Shown: in pieces, positions 44,339 through 54,700 of the stretch | How positions within the stretch are numbered: the first letter of the stretch is position 1 | Layout: each line of letters opens with the position of its first letter | Source: Myxococcota bacterium | Lineage (GTDB): Bacteria > Myxococcota_A > SURF-8 | Direction: 5' to 3' | Assembly (NCBI GenBank): GCA_963674735.2 | Contig: CAXXQS010000001.1 | Span: 1,376,001-1,440,000 of the forward strand | DNA length: 64,000 nt | Program-made: the position numbers and the translations under genes | The notes under the pieces: model-generated | Databases searched by the model: none | The model's input: only the letters and a program-made list of their open reading frames with translations | What the model was told of the DNA's origin: nothing

Positions 44339-47130
44339 GACGTTTTACGACGTCTCCAAAGCAGGAAGCACGAGAACAGGAACAAGGCCGCCAATCCGTT
44401 GACCGAACCTTGCCCACCCCAACAACCTCCTCCGTTATCGACAGGCTCCTGATCCGCTTGAAAGCGTTGAATCAGGTAGTGGTCGATCGAGGCCAAGTCA
44501 CGGGTTTTGACGGTCCATTCGGCCGGATCGGAGTCCAGCGCAAGCAGGGTTGCCTCCCCGTTGGTTGAAACACGGGAAACGCGATCGAGTCCGGGTGTGA
44601 TAAAGGGAAGATGGATCGTGATTTCGGTTGAGTTTACACTCCCATAGGGATCGCTGACGCGTAGAATGGAGTTATGCGCCCGTTTCAAACTTTGACCGTC
44701 GGTGGTCGTCCATTCGAGCAACGGCAGATTGCGATTGTCGGCAGTCACCGACAGAACGGCCTCTCCGGTGGAAAGATCGGTGACGGAACCGATGTAGCCA
44801 CGAACCGTTCGGTCGCCGGTCATCAGGTAGCGTTCGCGTTGATGTCGGTCGAGAAGCAACTCCAGGACCACAGCCGCGGTGACACCATGCTGGAAAGGCG
44901 ACGGCTGGCCTACTCCGCCTTGAGTAGCAAAATCTTCGATATTGTATGAACCGGGAGCCCAACCAACGCGACCGGTCAGCCCGTCATAGGCATCGTGCAG
45001 TCCACCGGGATCGGCCGCCATCAGCAGGTCGAGGGTGGCCCGTCGTAGTTCAGCCGCTTCCTCTTCATAACCATAACGAAACAACGCCGTAGCCGTCGCA
45101 TAGCTGGCCATGGGCCATATCTGCCCCTGACGAAAATAGCCATCCTGGTCGCGGTCGAAATCCGGGTCGTCGTAGGCGACCGTCGGCATGGGCCAACGTT
45201 TGACGTCCAGCAGTTCGAATTCCCCATCTTCTCGGGCGACGCGCGTTGCCCGCATCCAGAAGCGATTCGGATTGGTGATGCCGGAAAGCACTTGAAGAAT
45301 GCGGTCGGCCCGCAAAGCCAGGCCGACGTACAAAGGCCAAATCTGCGCCGGGGTATCCGATTCGACAAAGCGGAAACCGGCTCCTTTTCTTTCGCGATCG
45401 AGATAACGAGCATCCCCGGACGACCATAGGTAAGATTCGACAGCGCGGCTGGTATTGGCGGCCAAAGTCAGCCATTGATTGATTTCGCTTTGTGGAGCCT
45501 CAACCCATTTCCCCATCTGGGCCATACTCGTGTAATAGAGATACAGCCACGAATTCAAATCGACCGCTTCGACTTCTTCCGCTTGTCCTTCTTCGCACCG
45601 GGCATTGTCGCTCAAACTGCATCCAAAGCGCACGGAATCGCCCCAGCCACTTTCTGCCGGACTGACATACTCACAGAGTGCATCGGCCGCACTCTCCGGG
45701 TTGTTCCCAACGATTTCCGCGTCTCGCTGATTGCGCCAGAATTCGAGCCAGGCGGATGAAGCTTGGTACATTTCTTCCAACCAAGCGGTATCCCGTCCAC
45801 CATCGGCTTTGAAAACAGCCAGAGCCGCCGCGCCGAGACTCGGCGGAGCCGAAATATACGAATCCGGTTGCAATGGCGTTCCGTCTTCCCACATACGGCC
45901 ATGTAAAAAGCCGACGCTATCACGCGGGGTTTCCAGCTGATGAGAAAAGAAAAAGGATAATAAAGACTTGGCGCTTTCCGGGTCGAACTCGGCCAATCCA
46001 ACAGCTAAAAACGCGGCGTCGGCAAGGCGGAATTCGTTTTGATAGCTTTTCGTCGAAACCGCTGTCGGGGCCAGCATATCGCCGGTTTCCCCATAGCGGC
46101 CGTGAACCAAAGCAGCTAAGGCCAAGTCAGCCAACTGACGATCTTGATCGAAAACCGTATGAACGGGTGGCAAGGCTTCGATTTGGGTTTCCCAGCGGGA
46201 TTTGGCTTCTCCTACCAGCAGATTGGGCTGCAATCCCGCTCTTTCCATCGAGGCGTTGAGTCGAGCTCTAAGCTGTGATGGATCGACAGACGCGTCATTG
46301 ACACTGACATCTCGACCGTAGGCCAGCAATATGGCAAAGGAAAGCTTGGCCTCGGGCGCCATCGTCAGTTCGGACAAACCAACCACATATGCACCTACCG
46401 ACTCATCGCCGCTGGCCTTCAGAATGGTCGGAGCTCCGGGACCGGTGACGCCAAGAAATCGTAAAAAATGCACCGGCAAAGTTGCGTTTCCGTCGTCGCA
46501 ATCCAACAACACGGATGTCTCCTGCTTATCGACAAAACGACAGCGGTCGTCGTCACGCGAAACGGTTTCCATCGTTTCCAATTCCGTGTCGGCATCTTTG
46601 AAAAACACCATGCGCGGATTGAAGGTCAAGGTTTGCTCGGATGTGTTGCGCAGGGTGACATGCCACATCAGGACATCGCGATCGATGAAGACGACATCGG
46701 CTTCATGATAGATGACCCCGAGATAGGCTTCTTCGGTCCAGCCCCAGGGAGAAAACGTGATTTCGCGATCATCGGGAGAATAGTCGCCCTGCCCCACCAA
46801 CTCGAAATAAGATTGATCCCATTGACGGTTCAGCCGTGATTGGGCCCAGCAGGCATAATGGGCCATGTTGAGCGCGTGATCGAACCCGACCGGTTCGCCC
46901 GAGACGAACTCATGGTCGAGTCGTACACTGGCTTTAACGCCGACATGCGAAGCCAGATCGGAAAAGGCTCCCCCAACCGTGAGGTCTTCAACGAAAAAAG
47001 GAGCTCCGCTGATCGGAACGGGCGAATCATCGGGAAGCTCCACATGCGGCACTCCCGAATCGGCCCAAACCGATCCGGCGGTTAACCACACTGCACACAC
47101 ACATAAACCTATCGGCAGCCACAATCGCAT
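44335..47130 (-). CDS. Exported (alpha/alpha)6 glycoside hydrolase (GH63/GH37-like) with MYXO-CTERM tail
   Basis: Signal peptide, PP, ESGWGDS.RF, VDLNS, Y.R.G.IW. C-terminus GGGC..TM..WRRRK. Confidence 0.75.
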   Translation of the reverse strand: MRLWLPIGLCVCAVWLTAGSVWADSGVPHVELPDDSPVPISGAPFFVEDLTVGGAFSDLASHVGVKASVRLDHEFVSGEPVGFDHALNMAHYACWAQSRLNRQWDQSYFELVGQGDYSPDDREITFSPWGWTEEAYLGVIYHEADVVFIDRDVLMWHVTLRNTSEQTLTFNPRMVFFKDADTELETMETVSRDDDRCRFVDKQETSVLLDCDDGNATLPVHFLRFLGVTGPGAPTILKASGDESVGAYVVGLSELTMAPEAKLSFAILLAYGRDVSVNDASVDPSQLRARLNASMERAGLQPNLLVGEAKSRWETQIEALPPVHTVFDQDRQLADLALAALVHGRYGETGDMLAPTAVSTKSYQNEFRLADAAFLAVGLAEFDPESAKSLLSFFFSHQLETPRDSVGFLHGRMWEDGTPLQPDSYISAPPSLGAAALAVFKADGGRDTAWLEEMYQASSAWLEFWRNQRDAEIVGNNPESAADALCEYVSPAESGWGDSVRFGCSLSDNARCEEGQAEEVEAVDLNSWLYLYYTSMAQMGKWVEAPQSEINQWLTLAANTSRAVESYLWSSGDARYLDRERKGAGFRFVESDTPAQIWPLYVGLALRADRILQVLSGITNPNRFWMRATRVAREDGEFELLDVKRWPMPTVAYDDPDFDRDQDGYFRQGQIWPMASYATATALFRYGYEEEAAELRRATLDLLMAADPGGLHDAYDGLTGRVGWAPGSYNIEDFATQGGVGQPSPFQHGVTAAVVLELLLDRHQRERYLMTGDRTVRGYIGSVTDLSTGEAVLSVTADNRNLPLLEWTTTDGQSLKRAHNSILRVSDPYGSVNSTEITIHLPFITPGLDRVSRVSTNGEATLLALDSDPAEWTVKTRDLASIDHYLIQRFQADQEPVDNGGGCWGGQGSVNGLAALFLFSCFLLWRRRKTS

Positions 47131-47272
47131 GGTTGTCCTCCTGACAAACCGGATCGGACACAGTTCGAAGGCGCAAATCCGCCCTGAGATTCGCTTCATT
47201 TTACTCCATTAAATAGAATTAGGCAACCAAAACGTATGACCAGAAAAGATGGATTCCGTAGATTCGTTGACC

Positions 47273-48565
47273 CTATGCCAGACTGCGTTCGATTCGAATG
47301 AACGTGCCTTTCCCTCGAATGCTGTCCAGGCGATCGATTACGGACATAGCACAACGGATGTTTTTCTCTTGCGTACGGTGAACCACGATTTCCAACTCAC
47401 CCAAATCCGGGACATTAGGGACGAGTTCGGCCGAGACGGTACTGACCGAGATGCCGTGTCGACCCAAGACTCCGGCTACCTCTCCGATCACGCCGGGTTT
47501 ATCGAGAACCGTCCAACGCAGGTAGTACTCCGTTTCGATTTCATCGGCGTCGATGACACGCAGTGGCTGGCTGCCGTCTTCAAGGCGGACGGCCTTCGTG
47601 GTTCGTCGGCAGATATCTACAATATCCGCGTATACGGCGGAAGCGGTTGGAAGCGATCCGGCTCCACGACCCGACAACATCACTTCCCCTACTGCGTCGC
47701 CGTTTAAGTAGACGGCATTGAATTCGTTGCGAACACTCGCGAGGGGATGCAAGCGCGGAATCAAGGTCGGATGCACACGGAGTTCCATGCCATCGCTACG
47801 ACGTCGCGCAATAGCAAGCAATTTAATCACCAGTCCCTGCGACCTGGCAAAACGGAAATCGGATTCGACCAGCCCGGAGATCCCTTCGCATAGAATATCG
47901 CCTTCCGGGAAGGCACCACCCAACATGTGAGCGCCCAAAATCCGCAGCTTTTGCATGGCATCGAATCCCTCGACATCCATTGTCGGATCGGCCTCTGCAA
48001 AGCCCATTTCGCCCGCGAGTTTCAACGATTCATGATAGCTCAGCCCTTCTTCTTCCATTTTCGTCAGAATGAAGTTTGTGGTGCCATTGATGATCGCGGT
48101 TAGCGAGGTGATTCGGTTGGCAACCAAGCTTTCGCGCAGCGTTTTCAGAATCGGAATTCCCCCTCCGACAGACGCTTCGGCATACAGGGGAGTCTTGTGC
48201 TCGCTGGATAACCGATAGAGTTCGGGGCCTTGCGCGGCTATCAAGGCTTTATTGGCGCTCACGACAGGTTTATCGGCTCTAAGAGCGGATGAGACGATTT
48301 GTGCCGCTTCTTGAGTGCCGCCGATGAGTTCCACGACGATATCGATGCTCGGATCGTCGAGAATATCATGGAAATCACGACTGATTTGAATGCCAGAAAC
48401 ATCGCAGCCGCGCTTTTTGGACGGCGTACGAACGACAGCTTTGGCCACTTCCAACTCGATTCCATACTGGGACATCAAACGGTCGTGGCGCTTCTGAATA
48501 ATATTGATGAGGCCGCTACCGACCGTACCGAGACCGAAAACACCCAATCGAATTTTGTTTGCCAT
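47273..48565 (-). CDS. hom: Homoserine dehydrogenase with ACT domain
   Basis: GLGTVG, ANKA, EASVGGGIP, NGTTNFIL, GFAEADPT.DVEG.D, GAGSLPTASAV, DKPGV. Confidence 0.96.
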   Translation of the reverse strand: MANKIRLGVFGLGTVGSGLINIIQKRHDRLMSQYGIELEVAKAVVRTPSKKRGCDVSGIQISRDFHDILDDPSIDIVVELIGGTQEAAQIVSSALRADKPVVSANKALIAAQGPELYRLSSEHKTPLYAEASVGGGIPILKTLRESLVANRITSLTAIINGTTNFILTKMEEEGLSYHESLKLAGEMGFAEADPTMDVEGFDAMQKLRILGAHMLGGAFPEGDILCEGISGLVESDFRFARSQGLVIKLLAIARRRSDGMELRVHPTLIPRLHPLASVRNEFNAVYLNGDAVGEVMLSGRGAGSLPTASAVYADIVDICRRTTKAVRLEDGSQPLRVIDADEIETEYYLRWTVLDKPGVIGEVAGVLGRHGISVSTVSAELVPNVPDLGELEIVVHRTQEKNIRCAMSVIDRLDSIRGKGTFIRIERSLA

Positions 48566-48602
48566 AGTCGCGCTCCTTACTACCCGTCCTGAAACAGTTT
48601 CG

Positions 48603-49754
48603 TTATTCGGCAATGAATTGTCCAATCAACCGATTCACCTGATCGAACTCAATCAGAAATCCATCGTGACCATGAACGGACTCGATACATCCGTATTGCA
48701 CGTTTAGACCGACATGACCAGCAATATCATGTAGTTGCTTGACTTCTTCGGCTTCATACAAAATATCCGATTCAACTGAAACAAACAACAATTTAGACCT
48801 TACCAAACGCAAAGCCGATTCAATGCCTCCTCGTTTCATACCTATATCATGGGAATCGAGAATACCCAGCAACTTGATGTAGCTGTTGGCATCGAATCGA
48901 CGGATCAGTTTTTCGCCTTGGTAATCGAGATAGCTTTGAACTTGAAAACAGCTTTGATCTGATTCCAAGCTTGGATTCTCTTCACGTCCGAAACGAGTGT
49001 CGAATTCCACCTTGCTGCGATAAGTGATCATCGCGATCTGACGCGCCAGACTGAGACCCAGCATCGGAGCCGGACCGCCGTAATAGTCACCGCCTCGAAA
49101 TGCGGGATCCAAATCGAAAAGTCGTCTTTGAATATGGTTGAAAGCCAGTGCCTGTGCATTTGAAATTCCCGGGGCAGCCAGAACGGCAACTCGTTTGGCT
49201 GCAGCGGGGAACAGGATAGCCCACTCCAAAGCAATCATGCCCCCCAAGGAGCCACCGATCGCCAATGCGAGTGAACGAAACCCCAAATATTCGGCAACCA
49301 AACGATGGTGAATGCGCGCCAGATCCCGAACGGTTAGGTCGGGAAAAGCGGCCCCCATGGGTTCGTCCGCCCCAACTTCCCGATCCACCGGGCCGGAAGA
49401 ACCATAGCAACTGCCGGGATGATTGGCACAAATAACACAATATTTTCGTTTATCCAGGCAAGCACCCGGCGCAAAGAGTGGCTCCCACCATCCTTTGACG
49501 TCACCGTCGATGCTCTTATAACCAGCGCAATTTGCATCCCCGGTTAGGGCATGAAAAACGACCACGATATTCGAATGATCGGCATTGGGACGGCCGAAAA
49601 TGCGGTAGGCAACCCGTAAATTTGTAAAACGAACTCCGGCCTCGGTTATGAAAGCTTCGAAGACGGCTTTATGCAGTGTGTCCTCGGCGAGACGTGTCGC
49701 TGCAGTTGACGAAGGAGTGGCGTCTGCGTAAAAAGTAACGTTTCGGTCAGTCAC
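48603..49754 (-). CDS. metX: Homoserine O-acetyltransferase
   Basis: HALTGD, GWW, GSCYGSSGP, GGSLGG, RFDANSY, HGHDGFL. Confidence 0.93.
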   Translation of the reverse strand: MTDRNVTFYADATPSSTAATRLAEDTLHKAVFEAFITEAGVRFTNLRVAYRIFGRPNADHSNIVVVFHALTGDANCAGYKSIDGDVKGWWEPLFAPGACLDKRKYCVICANHPGSCYGSSGPVDREVGADEPMGAAFPDLTVRDLARIHHRLVAEYLGFRSLALAIGGSLGGMIALEWAILFPAAAKRVAVLAAPGISNAQALAFNHIQRRLFDLDPAFRGGDYYGGPAPMLGLSLARQIAMITYRSKVEFDTRFGREENPSLESDQSCFQVQSYLDYQGEKLIRRFDANSYIKLLGILDSHDIGMKRGGIESALRLVRSKLLFVSVESDILYEAEEVKQLHDIAGHVGLNVQYGCIESVHGHDGFLIEFDQVNRLIGQFIAE

Positions 49755-50997
49755 GCTTCAACCCACCTTCCAGATCCGCGATGATATCCTCCGGATCTTC
49801 CAAACCGACACTCATACGGATCAAATCATCCGGCGCTCCGGCAAGAAGACGGTCTTCCGGCGACAAGGGTTCGTGGGATGTCGAAGCGGGGTGCAGAATC
49901 AGGGTTTTCGTGTCGCCCAGATTGGCAAGATGATGGATCATACAAACCCGATCGACCAGTTGTTTTGCCGCTTCATACCCGCCTCTCAGCCCAAATGACA
50001 GCAAGGCGGGTGTCCCCCCCGACACGTAACGTTTCGCGGTCTCATACGACGGATGATCCTCGAAAATCGGGCTGTTGATCCAGGCGACATCGGGGTGATT
50101 GCGTAGCCACGTTGCAACTTTCACCGTGTTTTCGCCATGTCGCTTCATCCGCAGAGCCAGAGTCTCAAGGCCTTGCACAAACAAATAGGCGTTCATCGGA
50201 GCCATCGCCGCGCCATAGTCGCGTAACATTTCATCCCGAATTCCAAGGATGTAGGGTGACGGGAACCCGGCGTAAGCTTTCAGGTGGGGAGTATGGGATA
50301 CCCAGTCGAAATTACCGCCTGCCAGCACGATTCCCCCCAGCGACCCACCATGACCGCCGATATATTTGCTCGCCGAATGAATTACCACATCCGCGCCGTG
50401 CTCAAGCGGTCTGCATAAGTAAGGAGAGGCAACCGTATTATCGACGAATAGAGGAAGGTTGTTCGCCCGTGCAATCTCGGAAATGCGTTTGAAATCGGGG
50501 ATATCGATCCTTGGATTCCCGACGGTTTCGCAATAGAGCAGGCGGGTTTGAGGCGTAATCGCCGCGGCAAAGGTATCCGGGTCGGACGAGTCGACGAAAT
50601 GCGTGGTGATACCCATACGTGGGAGTGTGTCCTTGAAAAGATGAAAGGTCCCTCCGTAAAGCGACGCCGAAGAAATGATTGCGTCTCCAGTTTTACAGAT
50701 ATTTAGCACGGCGGCCGAGATGGCGGCCATACCCGAAGCAAACGCGACGGCCAGACTCGCGCCTTCGAGATCGGCCATTCGTTTTTCAAAAACATCGATG
50801 GTGGGGTTGTTGATGCGTGTATAGATAAATCCGGGTTCTTCCAATCGAAACAGATTGGCCGCATGCTCGCTGTCGTTGAAAACATAGGCGGTCGTCTGGT
50901 AGAGAGGAACGACTCGGGAGTTGTTGTGCTCTTCGGGATGATACCCGGCATGCAGGGCACGTGTGGCGAAGCCCCAATTTCTTGGACTTTTTGACAT
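49747..50997 (-). CDS. metY: O-acetylhomoserine sulfhydrylase
   Basis: PLYQTTAYVF, IYTRINNPT, SGMAA, HSASKYIGGHG, HLANLGD.KTL..HPASTSH. Operon with metX and hom. Confidence 0.9.
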   Translation of the reverse strand: MSKSPRNWGFATRALHAGYHPEEHNNSRVVPLYQTTAYVFNDSEHAANLFRLEEPGFIYTRINNPTIDVFEKRMADLEGASLAVAFASGMAAISAAVLNICKTGDAIISSASLYGGTFHLFKDTLPRMGITTHFVDSSDPDTFAAAITPQTRLLYCETVGNPRIDIPDFKRISEIARANNLPLFVDNTVASPYLCRPLEHGADVVIHSASKYIGGHGGSLGGIVLAGGNFDWVSHTPHLKAYAGFPSPYILGIRDEMLRDYGAAMAPMNAYLFVQGLETLALRMKRHGENTVKVATWLRNHPDVAWINSPIFEDHPSYETAKRYVSGGTPALLSFGLRGGYEAAKQLVDRVCMIHHLANLGDTKTLILHPASTSHEPLSPEDRLLAGAPDDLIRMSVGLEDPEDIIADLEGGLKRD

Positions 50998-51175
50998 TCT
51001 GCTCTCCCTCCCGATTGCACCAAGGCAAAATCCGGGACTTGGTTTGTTCGACTGGCAGATTTTGTCCCCAATTTGGAGCTTGTTGTCAAGTAAACCCTTA
51101 AAATATCTCGGTTTGCAGCCAACAAAAATGCATGCAGAACTAGGGAGAGAAATTGCACAACTTTAAAGAATTCTA

Positions 51176-51517
51176 TCAAATGGCATCGTATTGGCGAATT
51201 ATCTGATAGAGATTCAACGAGCTGTCATCATCAAGGCGGTTAAAAACGACTCCAAACTCAGACTGCTCTGACTCCGCTTGGGCTTCCTGAACATGAACGA
51301 CCTTAAATTCACCCGTAATTTCAATGCGCTCCGTCCCCATGGCTGGAACTAGCTTAAAGTCACCGAGATCGCCCACAGCCAGCTCGGTCGTTGTTTGTAG
51401 CGACATTCCGCTCATGCTGAGGTTATTGCAAGTGGCTTCGGTCCATTCCGTTGTGTTTTTCAATCGAATCGGGATTTGATAGGGAATTCTATTGCGTTTG
51501 CGACGTTCGTCCGACAT
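51176..51517 (-). CDS. PilZ-domain protein
   Basis: AGGAG RBS. ERRKRNR (RxxxR) and NLSMSG (D/NxSxxG) c-di-GMP motifs. Confidence 0.85.
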   Translation of the reverse strand: MSDERRKRNRIPYQIPIRLKNTTEWTEATCNNLSMSGMSLQTTTELAVGDLGDFKLVPAMGTERIEITGEFKVVHVQEAQAESEQSEFGVVFNRLDDDSSLNLYQIIRQYDAI

Positions 51518-51724
51518 TTCATTCTCCTGAGTGATGGGTGTGAGTGTTCCTTTCCCTGATGTGACGAAAAATCGCCCATCTTTTGTCCATAGTATTTCTT
51601 TTTTCTTTTTTCTTGTCAGTGAAAATTTGGTCGCTTTAGATTGTTGATTGATTGGGATCATGTTATAAATCCAAAGTCCAAATTTAGACGTTTTCTCGAC
51701 AAACAACGATTCCGGGAGACATCG

Positions 51725-54700
51725 ATGACTCGAAACCTGAAGGTTAATCTGATTATGTTGCTTTTCGCAATATTCGCATTTGCTTGCTCCGATAGCGGAA
51801 GTGATGAAACCACTCCCGGAGACGGCGATCAAGACGCAACCGAGACAGAATCGGATGGCGACGAAGCGGAATGCGACTGCCAAACGGAAGATGCCTGTTG
51901 TGACGGCTGCCAGGCAATCAACGAAGGCGGTGCATGCAACGACGGCAATGCCTGCACCCAAACGGACACATGCTCAAACGGAACCTGTAGCGGTGGGAAC
52001 GCGGTTGTTTGTACCGAGTTGGACAATTGCCACGATGTCGGAGAGTGCGATCCGGAGACCGGAGAATGCAGTCAGCCGATGAAAGCCGACAACACCGTTT
52101 GTTCGGATGACAATCCCTGCACGCAGCTTGACGTTTGCCTGGAGGGTGTTTGTACGGGGTCCGATCCGGTCCTCTGTGAAGCATCGGATTGCCAAACCGG
52201 GGGTGTTTGCGATGAAAGCACAGGAAAATGCGTGTTTACAAATGCTGAAAACGGCCTTTCCTGCGAAGCCATTGCCGATACGTCCGGCAGTGGAGTCTGC
52301 CTTAACGGCTCATGTGAAGGCTTCGGAGCTTGTGATTCGCGCAACTACGGACAACCCGACAACTACCCCTGCAACACCGATGCGGAATGTGAAAGTGGCT
52401 TTTGCTACGACCTTGGAAACGATTGGCAAACCATCTGCACGCGCCCCTGTGCCGATGATGCGACGGTCTGCACCAATGGCATGACCTGTCGAGACACCTT
52501 GTCGGATCCGGCCTTCATTTGCCTTCCTCCCGGCGAAGAGGATTGGATCGGCAATATGCAATATGAAACCGCCCCCGGTGACGGAAGCCTGGATATCTAC
52601 GACGCTTGCAATACCAACGAAGATTGTGCCGGCGCCCTTTGTCTATCGCTGGGCGGGAAGAAATTCTGCACCACCGACTGTGGATCCGGCGACTCCGTTT
52701 GCGGCGACTGCGGCGATTGTCGAAACAACGGCGATGACCTTGGATTCCCATATGATAATTTCTGCTCGGCGACGGGAGATCAGGCATTTGGTCAGGCCTG
52801 CGAGCTGCCTTTCGATTGTGCCAGCCGCGTCTGTTTCAACAATTACTGCTCGGATCAATGCTGGATTATCTCAGAGGGGATCGATACCTGCGATGAGGGA
52901 TTTGCCTGTGTTTACGATGCCTACCAGCAAGGTGTCGGAATCTGTGTTGCGGACGACGAGTTGGACCATCCGGCCGGTTCTCCCTGTGAGGGCGACTACG
53001 AATGCGAATCGGGCTTGTGTTACGATGTTGCAGGTAATCCGATCTGTGCGATCGACTGCTTTGATGGCACGGACTGCCCGACTGACATGAGTTGTGTCGA
53101 TGGTGATCCAATGCTGCTTGATACCACATTGCGCCTATACCCCGATGGGTCCGATGAGGTTTTGCGCACAGATTACGATAGCGGCTACGAAGCCTTCTCT
53201 CGTATCTCTTACAGCTTCTCCGACGCCGGAACCTATGTGATCGAAATCACCGGCGCCGACGAATTCGCCGAAGGCCTGTACCAATTGGTGGTTGCGCCTT
53301 CAGGTTCCGAATTGACCGCCACCGACGAGAAAGAACCCAACAACACGTTTGCAACGGCACAAGAAATTGTCTATCCCGTCATCGTCCATGCCTTCCTCGA
53401 AGCCGAGGAAACCGATGTCTATTCGATTACGGTTGGCGACGACGCCCCGATCACGTTGATTATCGAAACGATACCGGAGCTGGCGCGTGTGTGCGTGGCT
53501 GACGACGTTGCGGGGCAACAGGGCTATGGCGACACATGCGAGGATGATTTCCAGTGTGAAGCCGGATTATTTTGTCTCTTCCTAGGTGTTTGCACCAACG
53601 AGTGTGAAAGTGACGCAGATTGCGAAGACGGTCTTTGTGTCAACTCCACTCTCGGCCCGATCTGTGTGCCCGAAAGCGGTATGCACCAAACCATCGACGG
53701 TCGCGCCTGCGCCCTCGACTTCGAGTGCCGCGAGGTTTGTTTCGCTGACAACGCGCTCGAAACCTACTATTGTTCGGGGGCTTGCGAGTCGGATGGCGAT
53801 TGCGTTCCCGGAATGGGGTGTTATCAGGGAATGTGCATCAAGGGTGTGAATGGAAACCAGATGCTGCACTCCTATTGCCGGATCGACAACGACTGTGAAA
53901 CCGGTTATTGCCAAGATTACCAATGTTCCACTCTTTGTGGCGATAGTGCCGACTGCGAAGGATCGACTCTTATCACACCGGAAGAATACGGCATCTGCTG
54001 GCCTTGCGAGACAAATGCCGACTGCAATGAAGATGGTGGTGAAACCCCGAACACATGTGTAAGCGTCTCGAACGGTTCCAAGTTCTGTGGAACCGACTGT
54101 TCGAGCGATCCAAGCGTTTGTCCTTATGGCACACGCTGTCACGCCCTCAACATTTTCGGTCAAGCGGCCTGTGCGCCTGTATCCCTCAGTTGCGACACGG
54201 CAACCGCGTGTACCGATGGGGGTTATTGCCTGCGGCCTTTCCTAGGCGCCGGGTCGGTTTGTAAAGACAACGCTGAATGTATAAGCGGCATTTGCTCGGC
54301 CGGTTTCTGTCAGGACGGAACGTGCTCGGATGACGCCGATTGCGGCTGCGATTATCTTTCCTGCGAAGGCTCGGTTTGTTCCGCCAACACCGACGACGCC
54401 CTGGAAGAAGTGGAACCGAACGACTTGCCCGAAAATGCCCAAGATATCGGGGATGGCGATGAGACGGTCCTAGCCTCCATGTTACCCGATGGAACCATAC
54501 CCGATACGGATATTTATTCGATTTCGCTCGATAGCGGTCAGGTGCTCGATATACGCACATCCAGCTTCTGCGGCGAGGACGCCGACACCTTCCTGCGCCT
54601 TCTGGATTCCAGGGGAAACATATTGGATGGCTGGGAAAATGATGATTTCAGCCAGTCGAATTACTTTTCCTATCTGCGCGGATTTGCCGCAGACACTTCA

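Noticed and set aside
50998-51175. Canonical SAM-I (S-box) riboswitch
   Set aside because: ATC.AGAG, the kink-turn and GCAACC..GTGC core elements are absent.
51518-51961. Long N-terminal extension of the PilZ ORF given in the ORF track
   Set aside because: It overlaps the divergent lipoprotein gene; the RBS-supported start is 51517.
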